64,000 bases of DNA. Origin: a virus. A program made the position numbers and the translations under genes. The notes under the pieces are model-generated. The model did not search any database and had not been told where the DNA came from. It saw only the letters and a list, made by a program, of their open reading frames with translations. Shown here piece after piece: positions 62,366 to 64,000 of this stretch (position 1 is its first letter; every line of letters begins with the position of its first letter). Location: positions 1 through 64,000 of IMG/VR virus record IMGVR_UViG_3300044843_000488; one strand, given 5' to 3'.

Positions 62366-63112
62366 TCAGGCGCCGGCAAAATGCTTGGCGCCTGTGCCAT
62401 GGGCCTCGACAAAGATGTCAGTCTTTGCGCCGTCGCAGAGAGCACACGTGCGGCACTGCGCAGAGGAATTGTCAATGGTGGCAGGGCATTGTTTGCCGCT
62501 GAATGCCTCAGAACCTTTGGGCACAACGGCAAACGTCTTCCAACCGTGCGCAGATGCGTCGAGATAATCTGCCAAACCGTCGCAGCTTGCCTGAAACACA
62601 CCTTTGCACCATTGAGCAAATGGCTGACGCCACTGGTGCGTGTAGCCGGTGTGACCAGCAGCAAAGATGTTAATGTCGCGAACAACATGCTCATCGAGGA
62701 TGCTGGGATCGCCATATGCACCCCAGCGAATCTTGCGATTGTTGAGATACATAGAAATGTTGATGCTGGCAGCTACTGCTGCATCGGTAAGGTCAACATA
62801 CCCACCAGCTTTGTAGGTTCGCCACACTGACAGCGGGGCCTGGCCGACGTTGACATAGCAGGAGCGCTTGCCGTTGGATTGCTTGCGGTGTATGCAGTTT
62901 CCGCATATTGTGTAGTCTTCGCCGAGCATGAGAGCATCGACTGGGTTGATGTCGTCACGCAGAATCCAGACCTGGCACATGTTGCCGGTCTTACGGTTGC
63001 CTGATTCGAGCGTCATAACGGCCACAAAAGGTTTGCCGTCGATAGGGGAATTGCCACGTTGAATGACAAAACCCAGGGGCTTTTTAAAGCCACGTGCTGA
63101 CTTGTTAGTCAT
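62366..63112 (-). CDS. Cys-rich conserved phage protein (possible Fe-S / radical-SAM-like fold)
   Basis: NRKTG, ICGNC..CYV, RWGAYGDP, TGYTHQW and CPA..CRTCALC..AHG; start MTNKS at 63112. Confidence 0.7.
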   Translation of the reverse strand: MTNKSARGFKKPLGFVIQRGNSPIDGKPFVAVMTLESGNRKTGNMCQVWILRDDINPVDALMLGEDYTICGNCIHRKQSNGKRSCYVNVGQAPLSVWRTYKAGGYVDLTDAAVAASINISMYLNNRKIRWGAYGDPSILDEHVVRDINIFAAGHTGYTHQWRQPFAQWCKGVFQASCDGLADYLDASAHGWKTFAVVPKGSEAFSGKQCPATIDNSSAQCRTCALCDGAKTDIFVEAHGTGAKHFAGA

Positions 63113-63173
63113 GGTGAGAGAGTTGCTGAATGCACAGCTTGAGAGGTGAGAGAGTGCCACAAAGTGTGGCAAT

Positions 63174-63284
63174 CACACAAGGTGGGAATTGAACCCACTT
63201 ACTGTGTGCAAATACGTTGCCTGTTGATATACACCGGGTCAGTATTTGCACAGAGCGCCGTTCTAGCTGTTAACTAGCTTGTGC
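63174..63284 (-). ncRNA. tRNA-like RNA with an elongated anticodon arm
   Basis: Acceptor stem GCACAAG/CTTGTGT; T-arm GTGGG-TTCAATT-CCCAC; D-like hairpin; perfect 11-bp stem TGTGCAAATAC/GTATTTGCACA closing a 26-nt loop. Confidence 0.65.
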
Positions 63285-63769
63285 AAGATCTGAAGGGATG
63301 ATCAGTCACCCTGGCCCACATTAAATACGCTTCAGTGCTGAAGGGACACCACACCTATCGCGTAAGTTGCAGTCCTAAATGTTAAATATTCAAGGCCGGG
63401 TTGGCAGCAGTTCCTAGCAGATCCGGGATGATGAAATCAGTCACACCTATGGCGTGGCCTACGTTTGCCCCTCTAAACCTGCCAGCACTTGCTGACAAAC
63501 AAGCCAGACCGTTTGCACCTGTCGCAAGCGTCGGGGCCTGGTTCCTTTCGGTCACCCCCATCGGATCGCTGTCGCGGGTTGCGCGTGCCTTATGTCGCCG
63601 GATGCTCGGCGGCTGGTTTCGGTCGTTGCGGGCCTCTCCGCTTCGGTCCCCTCAGTCTGCATCCTCAACCGGACGGAGACGAGAGCCCGTGTGTCAGAGA
63701 TCCAATTGGCACTAGTACAGGCTAGTACAGGCGTCGCTCCCGCCACACATAAAAAGAACCGCACACGCG

Positions 63770-63797
63770 CGCTTACCATGAAAAATCTTTTTGTCAA
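63770..63797 (-). promoter_or_regulatory. Candidate sigma70-type early promoter
   Basis: TTGACA (63797-63792), 16-nt spacer ending TGG, then TAAGCG (weak -10). Confidence 0.35.
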
Positions 63798-64000
63798 GGA
63801 ATTCTTAATAATTCTTAACTACTGCGGGATCCGTTGTCTCGACATGGGTCTCGTGAGTCGATATTACTTTGCTAACTCTTGATTAATACTTTACATTTAG
63901 TTGTTTTATATCTTGTATTAAACGCTGGACTAGTGTAATTAAATATACATACATAGATGCATCAAGCTACGTTAGCGCTGGGGTTTTGGCCTGTCAACCC

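Noticed and set aside
57350-63154. CRISPR array formed by the GGTGAGAG repeats
   Set aside because: The repeats are only 7-10 nt, irregularly spaced and separated by genes, and there are no cas genes.

Overview
64 kb of a temperate, lambda-like-tailed (siphovirus-type) phage that most likely infects a picocyanobacterium (Synechococcus/Cyanobium type). The host is inferred from the cyanobacterial-type NrdJ, the cyanobacterial-type tyrosine integrase, DUF4278 and an NtcA box. Layout: (1) + strand replication/nucleotide genes, 1-7.4 kb (PolA, dCTP deaminase, class II RNR). (2) Lysogeny/regulatory island, 7.4-9.6 kb: integrase and tRNA-Arg(UCU) on the - strand, and divergently an NtcA box, a glutamine-II riboswitch and a DUF4278 gene. 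(3) Lysis genes, 10.4-12.5 kb. (4) A + strand tail-fibre/oxygenase cassette, 12.5-17.5 kb. (5) A long - strand morphogenesis operon, 17.5-55.2 kb (terminase, DUF1073 portal, MuF, DUF2213 protease/scaffold, DUF2184 capsid, neck, tail tube, G/GT chaperones, tape measure, M/L/K/I-J tip, fibres). (6) A - strand early region of small genes, 55-63 kb, preceded by a ~670-nt structured non-coding leader. Most notable signals not in the ORF track: a complete phage-borne nitrogen-sensing cassette back-to-back with the tRNA/integrase; a predicted -1 frameshift in the holin-like gene; a tRNA mimic with an oversized anticodon arm; a CTCTCTCACC motif repeated in front of early genes; basic head proteins apparently built as Asp-punctuated polyproteins; plug-and-socket tail-fibre termini; and a circularly permuted M23 domain in the tape measure protein. 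All calls come from reading the sequence by eye; no database searches were run.
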